Assembly: GCA_958477465.1 (NCBI GenBank)
Contig: CAUEFX010000010.1
Location: forward strand, 8,940-72,939
Direction of reading: 5' to 3'
DNA length: 64,000 bases
Source of the DNA: an uncultured Bacteroides sp.
Lineage (GTDB): Bacteria; Bacteroidota; Bacteroidia; Bacteroidales; Bacteroidaceae
A model generated the notes under the pieces. The model searched no databases. It had not been told where the DNA came from and was given only the letters and a program-made list of their open reading frames with translations. Below are positions 42,171 to 51,834 of the stretch, one piece after another. How positions within the stretch are numbered: position 1 is the stretch's first letter; each line of letters begins with the position of its first letter. The translations under genes and the position numbers were made by a program.

Positions 42171-43490
42171 TTACTTCGCTTCCTTGTGTACTGTAGTCTC
42201 TTTAATGAAAAATACACAAAGGGCACCTGTGATAAGCAAGACACCTGCCAGCACAAGCATATTGACCTGATGCCCTCCGACCAGATGTAATAACCCGCCT
42301 CCGATGATTGCTGCCACAATTTGCGGTATACAGATTGTCCCGTTGAATAATCCCAAGTAGGCTCCCATATTTTTGCCGGATATTGAATTGGTCAGGATGG
42401 TGAAAGGCATTGCCAGCATGGCCGCCCAGGCACATCCGATGAGGAAATACGTTATAAACAGCAGGTATTGATCGGTGAAGAAGAGAGTGGATATGAAACC
42501 GATCCCACCCAGTATCAGACTGATGGAGTAAGCCATTTTGCGTACTTTAAACAAGGGCAGGATAACAGCCCATATCACGGAACCGATTGCTTGTACTGCA
42601 AACAATACACCTACCCAGTTGCCTGCCGCCTGATAACCTTCGGCTTGCACATCGGTGGTATTCCATACCGTATCGGCTATTGCACCGTTTGTATAAGTCC
42701 ACATATACATGAATGCCGACCAACAGAAGAATTGTACCAGACCGACTGTCCAAAATACCTTCGGAGCATGCTTCAGCAGATGGAGGAAGTTGCTTTTTTC
42801 TTTCTTTTCATCGGCAGTGATACCGTGGAACTCTTCAAACTCTTTCGGAGGCATCTCTTTTACTTTCACCGTGGTATAGATGACGCAGAGAATCAGAATG
42901 GCTGCTCCGATGTAGAACGAATAGATTACTGAATCGGGAACAGTCCCTTTATCTGCTATATTGCTGAGACCTATCCAGGTAAAGATAAACGGAAATAGAT
43001 AACCTACGAGACTGCCCGCATTGCACAGGAAACTTTGGATGGAGTAGGCGAGCCCTTTTTGCTTCTCGTTGACCATATCTCCTACTAGCATTTTGAAAGG
43101 TTGCATGGCCATGTTTATTGAAGTATCCAGAAACATGAGCGATACTAACCCGAAAATCATGGCTGTGCTTACTGCCATTCCGAAACTTCCGGCATTCGGT
43201 AGCAGACACATCACCAATACGGCAATCAACGAACCTACAAACAGATAAGGAATACGCCGCCCGAAGCGTGTCCATGTTCTGTCACTGGCCGAACCGATGA
43301 TCGGCTGTACGATGATACCTGCTAACGGAGGTAAAATCCAGAAATAACTGAGACTGTGAGGGTCGGCTCCCAAGGTGGCAAAGATTCGGCTGATATTAGC
43401 ACTTTGCAAGGCGTAAGCAATCTGTACGCCGAAGAATCCGAAGCTGATGTTCCACAACTTCCAAAAACTCAAATCAGGTTTTATTTTCAT
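42171..43490 (-). CDS. MFS maltose/maltodextrin transporter (MalT-like)
   Basis: NISFGFFGVQIAYALQ, SDRTWTRFGRRIPY; multiple TM helices; maltose locus context. Confidence 0.85.
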   Translation of the reverse strand: MKIKPDLSFWKLWNISFGFFGVQIAYALQSANISRIFATLGADPHSLSYFWILPPLAGIIVQPIIGSASDRTWTRFGRRIPYLFVGSLIAVLVMCLLPNAGSFGMAVSTAMIFGLVSLMFLDTSINMAMQPFKMLVGDMVNEKQKGLAYSIQSFLCNAGSLVGYLFPFIFTWIGLSNIADKGTVPDSVIYSFYIGAAILILCVIYTTVKVKEMPPKEFEEFHGITADEKKEKSNFLHLLKHAPKVFWTVGLVQFFCWSAFMYMWTYTNGAIADTVWNTTDVQAEGYQAAGNWVGVLFAVQAIGSVIWAVILPLFKVRKMAYSISLILGGIGFISTLFFTDQYLLFITYFLIGCAWAAMLAMPFTILTNSISGKNMGAYLGLFNGTICIPQIVAAIIGGGLLHLVGGHQVNMLVLAGVLLITGALCVFFIKETTVHKEAK

Positions 43491-43640
43491 GGTAATAGTC
43501 TATGTGCCTGTATGCCAATGTGTAAAAATATCGATTGGCGTGCAGCACTCTCTTTTATTAATTAATTATTTCATTCTCACATTCTCTTATTATTCTCATC
43601 CTTCCATTCTCTTCCATCGGCACATTGGCATATTGACACA

Positions 43641-44651
43641 TTATTTCGTCGTCCCCCGTACTACCAGATTGGTTCTCACTATTTTATTTGTACTTCTGGA
43701 GGTGGGATTATCCTCTATCTTATCGATAAGGATATGGATGGCACTTTTCCCTACCTCTTCTCCATGCTGTTCTATGGTGGTCAGTTTGGGGTCGGTACTT
43801 TGTGCAATGGCACCATCGGTAAATCCGCAAATCGATACTTCATCGGGCACCTTCAATCCGATCAGCTTGCAGGCGTACAAAATGCCCGAAGCCGTTTCAT
43901 CGTTAATGGCGAAGAAACCGTCCGGTCGGTCTTCTCTTTCCAGTAGGTCGGGAGTGACGACAATGGCCTGTTCACGCGTGTCACAAAGTTTGATCATGCT
44001 TTCGTCTACCGGGATTTTGTATTTTTTCATGGCATCCAGATAACCGTTTCGTCGATTCTTGGATATTTCGAGATGGGGTGCGGCGCTATAAAAGAGGATA
44101 CGTTTGCATCCGGTCTGTATCATGTATTCCACAGCAGAAAACGAGCCGGCATAGTCGTCTACTACTACCCGTTCGGTGTTGATACCCGTACAAATCCGGT
44201 CATAGAAGACGATCGGGATATTATTGTCGAGCAATTCTTGATAATGGTCGTATTGGGAAGTATCTTTGGCAAGCGAGGTGATCACTCCGCAAACCCTTGC
44301 TGCGAGAAAAGAGTGGACTATTTTTACTTCCTGTTCATATTTTTCGTTACTTTGTGCCACGAGTATGTTATATCCGGCTTGAGAAGCCATTTCTTCGATA
44401 CCGCTTAATACGCAAGAGAAAAAGTGGTGTATTAATTGTGGAATAATGACTCCGATTGTATTGGAACGGCTGGTCCGCAGGTTTAATGCCAATGCGTTGG
44501 GCTTATAATTATGTTCGCGCGCGTACTTATGTATTGTCTCTCTTGTCTCCTGACTGATATCCGGATTATCCCTCAAAGCCCTTGATACGGTAGAGGGTGA
44601 TACCCCTAACTCGCGGGCGATATCTTTGATGGTAATTTGCGGTTTACTCAT
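43641..44651 (-). CDS. LacI-family regulator (MalR-like)
   Basis: ITIKDIARELGVSPSTVSRAL HTH plus sugar-binding domain. Confidence 0.92.
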   Translation of the reverse strand: MSKPQITIKDIARELGVSPSTVSRALRDNPDISQETRETIHKYAREHNYKPNALALNLRTSRSNTIGVIIPQLIHHFFSCVLSGIEEMASQAGYNILVAQSNEKYEQEVKIVHSFLAARVCGVITSLAKDTSQYDHYQELLDNNIPIVFYDRICTGINTERVVVDDYAGSFSAVEYMIQTGCKRILFYSAAPHLEISKNRRNGYLDAMKKYKIPVDESMIKLCDTREQAIVVTPDLLEREDRPDGFFAINDETASGILYACKLIGLKVPDEVSICGFTDGAIAQSTDPKLTTIEQHGEEVGKSAIHILIDKIEDNPTSRSTNKIVRTNLVVRGTTK

Positions 44652-44793
44652 TGTTTATATTAGTTTCAGCCAAAGGTAATTAAATCCGGAAGACAGCCAA
44701 GTGAATATTCTCTAAGCTTTGTTCTCAGATTACAAAAATAGCGCAATCGGGTACATTCTACTCTTGAGACAGGTGTTTCTGCAAAATAATAAA

Positions 44794-44809
44794 ATGCAAA
44801 CGTTTGCAT
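44794..44809. promoter_or_regulatory. LacI-type operator
   Basis: Perfect palindrome ATGCAAACGTTTGCAT with central CG. Confidence 0.8.
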
Positions 44810-44855
44810 GCTGACGGTGATTCAGTCCTGTCTTTCGAGTCAGCGAGGAGAGGTG

Positions 44856-44962
44856 AAAAGACTTAGCATCTTTCGAAAAAAGACTTAGCATCTTTCAAAA
44901 AAAGATATAGCATCTTTTAAAAAAAGACTTAAGTCTTTCAAAAAAGGACTTAACATCTTTTC
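44856..44962. repeat. Five ~22-bp tandem repeats
   Basis: Unit AAAAGACTTAGCATCTTTC(G/A)AA, degenerate in later copies. Confidence 0.85.
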
Positions 44963-45007
44963 TTGTGAGTTGCAATTGTGCTACAAATAACCTTTATTCA
45001 GCATGTT

Positions 45008-45243
45008 TTTACCCCCTTCACCGCATTCACCTTTTCCCTCAAAGTCTTTATTCATCGCAGGTACAGGGTGAAGTTCCGGTCGGACCGGTCTTTACGGTTA
45101 GCGAACGCGGTTCTTGCGAATCGTAAGTATGCTTGTTGCCGGCTGTAAGTACGGTGCCTGGTAAAACGGAGTAACCTTTCACCCTCTGTTGCCGATGAAC
45201 AGGGCGATAGAACAAAAAGGGTGAAGGAGGTGAAGGGGGTAAA
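45008..45243. repeat. MITE/REP-like segment bounded by 15-bp inverted repeats
   Basis: TTTACCCCCTTCACC ... GGTGAAGGGGGTAAA with additional inner TTCACC/GGTGAA pairs. Confidence 0.6.
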
Positions 45244-45432
45244 TTTATTGTAGAATACCTGTTTTTATAACCCGGCGAGAAGCGTTATCGGATGAAAACG
45301 GCGTAATTTACTTTTTTATCATTACAATGCGTTCGTCCAGGTCGGGGTTTATGATGTAAAAGAGTGATTTACAGAGTTAAAATCCCCATTGAAAATGTTT
45401 GTTGGGGTGTATGAAATTTCCGGTTGTATTGG

Positions 45433-45446
45433 TGCAAACGATTGCA
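45433..45446. promoter_or_regulatory. LacI-type operator upstream of susC
   Basis: TGCAAACGATTGCA, one mismatch from the 44794 palindrome. Confidence 0.75.
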
Positions 45447-45600
45447 TAATTGCAAGTGCCGTTTTTCTTCTTTTCTCGTTCTTTTCGTGGCTAATAGCCC
45501 TATTTTTGCTTCGTCGTTAAAAGGAAGTCAGCGTTATATTCCTGTTTCGATTGAGAAAAATCATATTAATTTATATTGTTAACTTTAACTTATTAAATGC

Positions 45601-48570
45601 ATGAAGCAAGTTAATCTTAGAATCTATCAGATGATTCTGCCCATATTATTCGGGCTATTCTTGTCATTAGGCGCTTATGCACAGCAGGTCTCTGTCAGGG
45701 GGCATGTGAAAGATGTAACAGGGGAACCTATCATCGGTGCAAATGTGTTAGTAAAAGGAACCACCAATGGGGCTATCACCGACTTGGATGGTAACTTCCA
45801 GTTACAGGTACCACAAGGTGCAATTCTCCAGTTCTCTTATGTCGGATATTTGCCGGTTGAGCTAAAAGCAGCTCCTACAGTGGAAGTAGTGTTACATGAA
45901 GACTCACAGTTAATAGATGATGTTGTAGTTATCGGTTATGCTACAGGTAGTCAGAGAACTATATCGGGTGCTGTGCAAAAGGTTGGTCGTGAGGATATGA
46001 ATGCTGGTGTAGTAGTAAATCCACTTCAAGCCATTAAGGGTAAAATCGCCGGTGTGAACATTCAAAAAACAGGTGGTGACCCTACTGCAGGGGCTTCTAT
46101 TCGTGTTAGAGGTACAACTTCTCTTTCCGGAGGTAATGACCCTTTGGTTATTATTGACGGTGTTTTTGGCGATCTTGGTATGTTGAATGCCATTTCTCCT
46201 GCTGATATAGAGAGCTTTACCGTATTGAAGGATGCTTCGGAAACTGCACAGTATGGTTCGCGAGGTGCAAGCGGTGTTATTGTAATCACTACTATCAAGG
46301 GTAAAAATGGGGTAAAGACGCTTAGTTATGATGGTAGCTTCGGTATCGAAACGGTTTACAAAAATCTGAAAATGTTAGATGGTAATCAGTTCCGTCAGGT
46401 AGCACAGGATGGTGGTTATGTGAATGCATTGGATGCCGGTTATAACACTAATTTTATAGAAGAAATGCAACGTTTGGGTTATACTCAAAATCATAGGGTT
46501 TCTTTCGGTAGTGGTACTGAGAACTCTAATTATCGTGCTTCTATTGGTGTTATAGATCAGAAAGGTATCATTAAAAACAACTATATGCGTAACTACACCG
46601 CTAAGTTGGATGCGTCTCAGACAATGTTTAATGATAAGCTGAAAATAGATTTCGGTATGTTCGGTTCAAGAAAAGACATGCGCTATCTGAATGATTATCA
46701 GAAAACTTTCTATTCGGCCGCTTCTGTCAATCCTACTTTCCCGAACTTCGCAAATGCTGATGGTACATGGATGGAAGATCCTAACGCCAATGAAACCCAA
46801 AATCCGTTGGGGCGTTTGACAATCAATGATCAGGAGAGTAATACGTATGTCAATACCAATGCCCGTTTGACATGGACTGTTATCGATGGTCTGAAATTGA
46901 GCGTATTTGGCTCTTATACTTATAATGTAAAGGAGAATTCGGTTTATACCCCTAATAATATCAAGGCCGGTATAGGTAATAAAGGGGCTGCTTCCAAGAG
47001 TGATAACAAGTCAAATATTCTATTGGGTAACTTCATGGCTAATTATAAAAAAGCATTTGATAAACATTATATCGACATCTTGGGACTTGCTGAAATTCAA
47101 GATTATCAGTATAGCGGTTTTGGCGCCAATGCACGTTCATTTTCTACTAATTATTTCGAATATAATAACTTGGCTGCCGGTGCTGACGTAAAACACGGTG
47201 ATGTCTCTTCTTATCGTAATGGTAATAAGCTGGTATCTTTCATGGGGCGCTTTAATTATTCTTATGCCGACAAGTATATTGCCACGGTTAATATGCGTGG
47301 TGATGGTTCTTCTAAATTGGGCGCCAACAATAAATGGGGATTCTTCCCTTCCGCTTCTTTGGCTTGGGTGTTGAAAGAAGAAAATTTTTTGAAGGATGTT
47401 GATTTTGTCTCCAATCTGAAAGTGAGGGCAGGTTATGGTCTGACAGGTAATCAAGATGCTATCTCGGCCTACAATTCACTGATGTTGATGAGTCCGGGTG
47501 CAGCCACTACTATTAATGGTAAACCGGTTGTGGGTTACGAAATAAAACGTAACAGTAACCCTGACTTGAAATGGGAAGTAAAGAAAATGTTTGATGTCGG
47601 TATCGATGCTTCTTTCTTTGACAGCAGATTGTCGATGACATTCGATTATTACAATTCTAAGACTACGGATCTGCTTTATAACTATGCTGTGCCTGTTCCT
47701 CCATTTCCATACGGCTCTATGCTTGCCAACTTGGGTTCTATGAAGAATGAGGGTGTCGAACTCTCCATTAGTGGTACTTTGGTGAAAAGGAAAGATATGG
47801 AATTAACCGTTTCTGCAAATTTTTCTTGGCAGAAAAATGAACTGTTGTCTTTGGACGGAATGTACAACGGGCAAGAACTTTCTGCAGAGAAATATATGGG
47901 ATTGGGATATATGAACGGTGCCGGATTTATCGGTGGAAACAATAAGGTGGTTTATCAGTTGGTAGGTCAACCGGTAGGTGTATTTTATATTCCTATGTGT
48001 GACGGATTGGTTGATAAAGACGGTAACGGCAAGTACACCTATCATGTGGTGAATATCGATGGTGACCGTAAGGTGAATACTGAAGATGGTAAAGACCGCT
48101 ATATCGCCGGCCAGGCTATACCTAAGTTTTATTTAGGCGGTAATATTAGTTTCCGCTACAAACAGTTTGATATCCAGACTCAGTTCTCCGGAGCATTTGG
48201 ACATAAAATATTCAACGGTACTTCATTGACTTATATGAATATGGTTCAGTTCCCTAATTATAACGTAATGGAACAGGCTCCTGAAAAAGCTATTTTTGAT
48301 CAGACTATTACGGACTACTGGTTGGAAAAAGGTGATTATGTTCATATTGATTATGTAACATTGGGATGGAACTTGAATACGAAGAATATGAAGAATATCA
48401 ATTCTTTGCGCGTGACGTTCTCAGTAAACAATCTGGCTACTATCACAAATTATTCCGGGCTTTCTCCTATGATTAACAGTTCGACTGTGAACGATAATCT
48501 CGGAATGGATGACAAACGCTTCTATCCATTGACTCGTACTTATTCATTGGGACTCAGTGTTAATTTCTAA
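45601..48570 (+). CDS. susC: SusC-like TonB-dependent transporter
   Basis: PLVIIDG, VLKDASETAQYGSRGASGVIVITT, NPDLKWE, C-terminal YPLTRTYSLGLSVNF. Confidence 0.95.
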   Translation: MKQVNLRIYQMILPILFGLFLSLGAYAQQVSVRGHVKDVTGEPIIGANVLVKGTTNGAITDLDGNFQLQVPQGAILQFSYVGYLPVELKAAPTVEVVLHEDSQLIDDVVVIGYATGSQRTISGAVQKVGREDMNAGVVVNPLQAIKGKIAGVNIQKTGGDPTAGASIRVRGTTSLSGGNDPLVIIDGVFGDLGMLNAISPADIESFTVLKDASETAQYGSRGASGVIVITTIKGKNGVKTLSYDGSFGIETVYKNLKMLDGNQFRQVAQDGGYVNALDAGYNTNFIEEMQRLGYTQNHRVSFGSGTENSNYRASIGVIDQKGIIKNNYMRNYTAKLDASQTMFNDKLKIDFGMFGSRKDMRYLNDYQKTFYSAASVNPTFPNFANADGTWMEDPNANETQNPLGRLTINDQESNTYVNTNARLTWTVIDGLKLSVFGSYTYNVKENSVYTPNNIKAGIGNKGAASKSDNKSNILLGNFMANYKKAFDKHYIDILGLAEIQDYQYSGFGANARSFSTNYFEYNNLAAGADVKHGDVSSYRNGNKLVSFMGRFNYSYADKYIATVNMRGDGSSKLGANNKWGFFPSASLAWVLKEENFLKDVDFVSNLKVRAGYGLTGNQDAISAYNSLMLMSPGAATTINGKPVVGYEIKRNSNPDLKWEVKKMFDVGIDASFFDSRLSMTFDYYNSKTTDLLYNYAVPVPPFPYGSMLANLGSMKNEGVELSISGTLVKRKDMELTVSANFSWQKNELLSLDGMYNGQELSAEKYMGLGYMNGAGFIGGNNKVVYQLVGQPVGVFYIPMCDGLVDKDGNGKYTYHVVNIDGDRKVNTEDGKDRYIAGQAIPKFYLGGNISFRYKQFDIQTQFSGAFGHKIFNGTSLTYMNMVQFPNYNVMEQAPEKAIFDQTITDYWLEKGDYVHIDYVTLGWNLNTKNMKNINSLRVTFSVNNLATITNYSGLSPMINSSTVNDNLGMDDKRFYPLTRTYSLGLSVNF

Positions 48571-48582
48571 AAAGATGATGTT

Positions 48583-50223
48583 ATGAAAAAAAGAATATTA
48601 TATAGTTTTGTTATAGCGGCTTCTCTGAGTTTGACCGGTTGCTCCGATTTTCTCTCAGAAACTCCTATTGACCAGATTCCGGAGGAAGAGGTCTACAAGA
48701 ATCCTGAGATGATTTATCTGAATACGGTGGCAAATCTTTATACTTTGATTGGAGCTGATTACGGTGGCGGCGGTTTGGCCGGATGTGACCGTGGCCTATA
48801 CGATCTGAATACATTTACTGCCGATGAAGCGATTATTCCTACCCGTGGGGGTGACTGGGGAGATAATGGCCTGTGGGTAGGTCTGTTTACTCACGAATGG
48901 GGATTGAGTAATGACTTGGTTATCGGTACTTGGGACTATCTTTATAAGGTGATTGCTGCATGCAATAAATCTATTGACAAGCTAAAAGAATTGCAGACTG
49001 CAGATCCGGATAATGAACTTTACAATAAGTATATGTCTGAAGTTCGTGGCTTGCGTGCAATGTATTATTATTATCTGCTTGATATGTTTGCCCGTGTTCC
49101 TATCGTTCAGTCCTCTACTGTGGAAATTAAGGATGTGAAACAGGCCACACGTTCTGAACTGTTTAATTTTGTCAGAGAGGAATTGGAGGAAGTTATCCCT
49201 GATTTGGCTGACGAAAAGAGTGCAGATGACAAGAGCGAATATTACGGTCGTGTGACTCGTTCTGTTGCTAACTTTGTAATGGCAAAAGTGGCTTTGAATG
49301 CAGAAATTTATGCTGATGATGATTGGACGGATGCCAACCATCTTGACGGAAAGAATATTAAATTCATTGTCAATGGGCAAGAAGTGAATTGTTGGGAGGC
49401 TGCTATACATTACTGTACGGAAATTGAAAATTCCGGTTATGACTTGAATCAGGGGATATCGGGCTTCCAGTCCAACTTTGCTTCCAAAAATGAAGGCTCC
49501 AAAGAAAATATTTTTGTAATTCCTATGGATCCGACTTTGTATAAAGCCAACATGATGTACCTGACTCGTTCACGTCACTATGCAGTGGGTGTCGCTTTGG
49601 GATTTGGTAATGGAGGATGGAATGGGTCGTCTGCTACATTGGAAGCGATGGATGCATTTGGCTATGGAATGGATAATCCGGATCCGCGTATGAACCTTAC
49701 CTATTATACCGGTAAAGTCATGGCGGGCGGTTCTTATGTGCAGTCGGATGGAAAAGATCTTGAATACCAACCTCTTGATGTGAAACTGAAATTTGACGAA
49801 GGAGATATCAAAATGACTATGGCGGGTGCACGTATGTATAAGTATGAGGCTGATCCGGCTGCAACAGATGATGGTAAGTTACAGCATAACGATTATGTAC
49901 TATTCCGTTATTCAGATGTTTTATTGATGCGTTCGGAAGCATTGATTCGCAATGGTCAGAGTGGACAGGCGGATTTGAATGCTGTTCGTAACCGTGTAGG
50001 TGCTTCACAGGTGGATGCTACATTGACTAACATCCTCAAAGAGCGTTTGCTTGAGCTGGCTTGGGAAGGTGTGCGTCGTCAGGATTTGATTCGTTTTGGT
50101 GAGTTTACCAAAGCAATTACTTTCCGTCCGGCATCCAGAGCCTATAAGACTGTATTCCCTATTCATACCAAGACATTGTCTGTGAATACAAATCTGACTC
50201 AAAATCCGGGATATGACAACTAA
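48583..50223 (+). CDS. susD: SusD-like glycan-binding lipoprotein
   Basis: Lipobox LTGC, FRYSDVLLMRSEA, ERLLELAWEGVRRQDLIRFG, QNPGY. Confidence 0.93.
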   Translation: MKKRILYSFVIAASLSLTGCSDFLSETPIDQIPEEEVYKNPEMIYLNTVANLYTLIGADYGGGGLAGCDRGLYDLNTFTADEAIIPTRGGDWGDNGLWVGLFTHEWGLSNDLVIGTWDYLYKVIAACNKSIDKLKELQTADPDNELYNKYMSEVRGLRAMYYYYLLDMFARVPIVQSSTVEIKDVKQATRSELFNFVREELEEVIPDLADEKSADDKSEYYGRVTRSVANFVMAKVALNAEIYADDDWTDANHLDGKNIKFIVNGQEVNCWEAAIHYCTEIENSGYDLNQGISGFQSNFASKNEGSKENIFVIPMDPTLYKANMMYLTRSRHYAVGVALGFGNGGWNGSSATLEAMDAFGYGMDNPDPRMNLTYYTGKVMAGGSYVQSDGKDLEYQPLDVKLKFDEGDIKMTMAGARMYKYEADPAATDDGKLQHNDYVLFRYSDVLLMRSEALIRNGQSGQADLNAVRNRVGASQVDATLTNILKERLLELAWEGVRRQDLIRFGEFTKAITFRPASRAYKTVFPIHTKTLSVNTNLTQNPGYDN

Positions 50224-50257
50224 TTATTCTATTACTAAGGAAATTAAAAGAGATAAT

Positions 50258-51697
50258 ATGAAAAAGATATTTCAATATATGGCAGCCGGGTTATTACTCC
50301 TTATGACGGGTACAGGGTGTCAGGACAATGAGAATTGGCGGGTTATTCCTTATGTTCCGGAACCGGAACCAACGATTAATATCACAGGTACGGCTACAAT
50401 CTATTCCGAAATCGGGGCAAATTCTGTATTACAGGTTGTAGAACTGGAACAGGGGGATTCGAATCCTAATAAGACTGCTGATATAACAGGTATTTTCACG
50501 TGGTTGAAGAAAGACGGTGATTTTAATATTGTAGATGCAGGTGTCAGCTATGGAAAGGGTGATGTAGTAGCTACTGAACCTTTTGAAACAGTGAAACTAA
50601 AGGAAGGTGGTGATGGATTCAAGGTGGAAAATGACGGTCTGTATTTCGTGGTGATGAATAATGCGGAATATCAGTTGACGGTTATTCCGGTTGTTATGGG
50701 CATCATGGGTGACGCAACTCCTTCCGGATGGAATTCTGAAACGGCTATGACAATGTCTTATGACGCAGCCGGTTCGAAGATTGTTGCTAAATGGTCGGGC
50801 GATTTGGCTAATAAGCAGATTAAATTCCGTTTTTCGGGAGACTGGGGCATTAAGATTCCTTATGGAAGTGATGTTACGGTTGTACATGCTAACTTTGGTG
50901 CGCTTGGTGAAGATGACGGAGTTCCATTGGGTAGCGATATTGCCGACTGTAAAGCCGGTGGAAAGAACTTCAAGATAGACAAAAACGGTACTTATGATGT
51001 TGAATTGAATATTGACCTGACTAATCAGAAAGTAACGGCAAGGGTTATCTTGACGCAAGAAGGCGGAGAACCGGCACTTCCGGAGGAGATGTTCATAACA
51101 GGTACTCCTTATGGCTGGAATTGGGAAAAGGCTTATGCGATGGTTCCTGTTCATAGCCATGAAGGACAGTTTTGGGCAATTCAGTATATGAATGCAGGAG
51201 ATGAAATCAAGTTCAATAATGTAAGAGATTGGGAATCTGGAGATAACTTCGGATGGGGAACTGCTACAGATGAGGCTGTCGCTTATGCAGAGTTGACAGA
51301 TGCAGGCGGAAATGTTAAGGTTGGCAAAGCCGGCTGGTATATGATTATTGTAACAGTAACTGCTGATAAGAAGACACTGGATTTGAAAGCACCGAATGTA
51401 TATTTGGTAGGCGCTACTGCAGGCGATCCGAATTTTGGAAGTATAGCAGCGGATAAGGATGTATTTATTATTCCGACAGATGCAGCAGGGTATTTCACCT
51501 CTAATGCATTTGCTGGAGACGGAGACATACGTATGTGTGTGAAAGTAGAAGGCGCAGACTGGTGGCAAACTGAATTTATATTCTTTGACGGGCAGATAGC
51601 ATTCCGAGGTAACGGCAACGACCAGGCGCGTGCGTTGGGGACAACCGGTCAGAAGGCATACCTGAACTTTATGACAGGTGAAGGTAAAGCTGAATAA
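50258..51697 (+). CDS. SusE/SusF-like starch-binding lipoprotein
   Basis: Lipobox GTGC, GDATPSGW, KFRFSGDW, DWWQTEF; follows susD. Confidence 0.8.
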   Translation: MKKIFQYMAAGLLLLMTGTGCQDNENWRVIPYVPEPEPTINITGTATIYSEIGANSVLQVVELEQGDSNPNKTADITGIFTWLKKDGDFNIVDAGVSYGKGDVVATEPFETVKLKEGGDGFKVENDGLYFVVMNNAEYQLTVIPVVMGIMGDATPSGWNSETAMTMSYDAAGSKIVAKWSGDLANKQIKFRFSGDWGIKIPYGSDVTVVHANFGALGEDDGVPLGSDIADCKAGGKNFKIDKNGTYDVELNIDLTNQKVTARVILTQEGGEPALPEEMFITGTPYGWNWEKAYAMVPVHSHEGQFWAIQYMNAGDEIKFNNVRDWESGDNFGWGTATDEAVAYAELTDAGGNVKVGKAGWYMIIVTVTADKKTLDLKAPNVYLVGATAGDPNFGSIAADKDVFIIPTDAAGYFTSNAFAGDGDIRMCVKVEGADWWQTEFIFFDGQIAFRGNGNDQARALGTTGQKAYLNFMTGEGKAE

Positions 51698-51834
51698 AAT
51701 AATGTTTTGAATTTGTTGAAGAGGATGTGTTTAAACACCTCAGATATAGATCACCCCTGTCACAAATATCTGTAACAGGGGTGTTTTTGTAAACAAGAGA
51801 GTTTTATATCCTCTTTTTAATTTAGTGTGTGATT

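Noticed and set aside
44856..44962. CRISPR array
   Set aside because: Repeats are directly adjacent with no unique spacers, and there are no cas genes.
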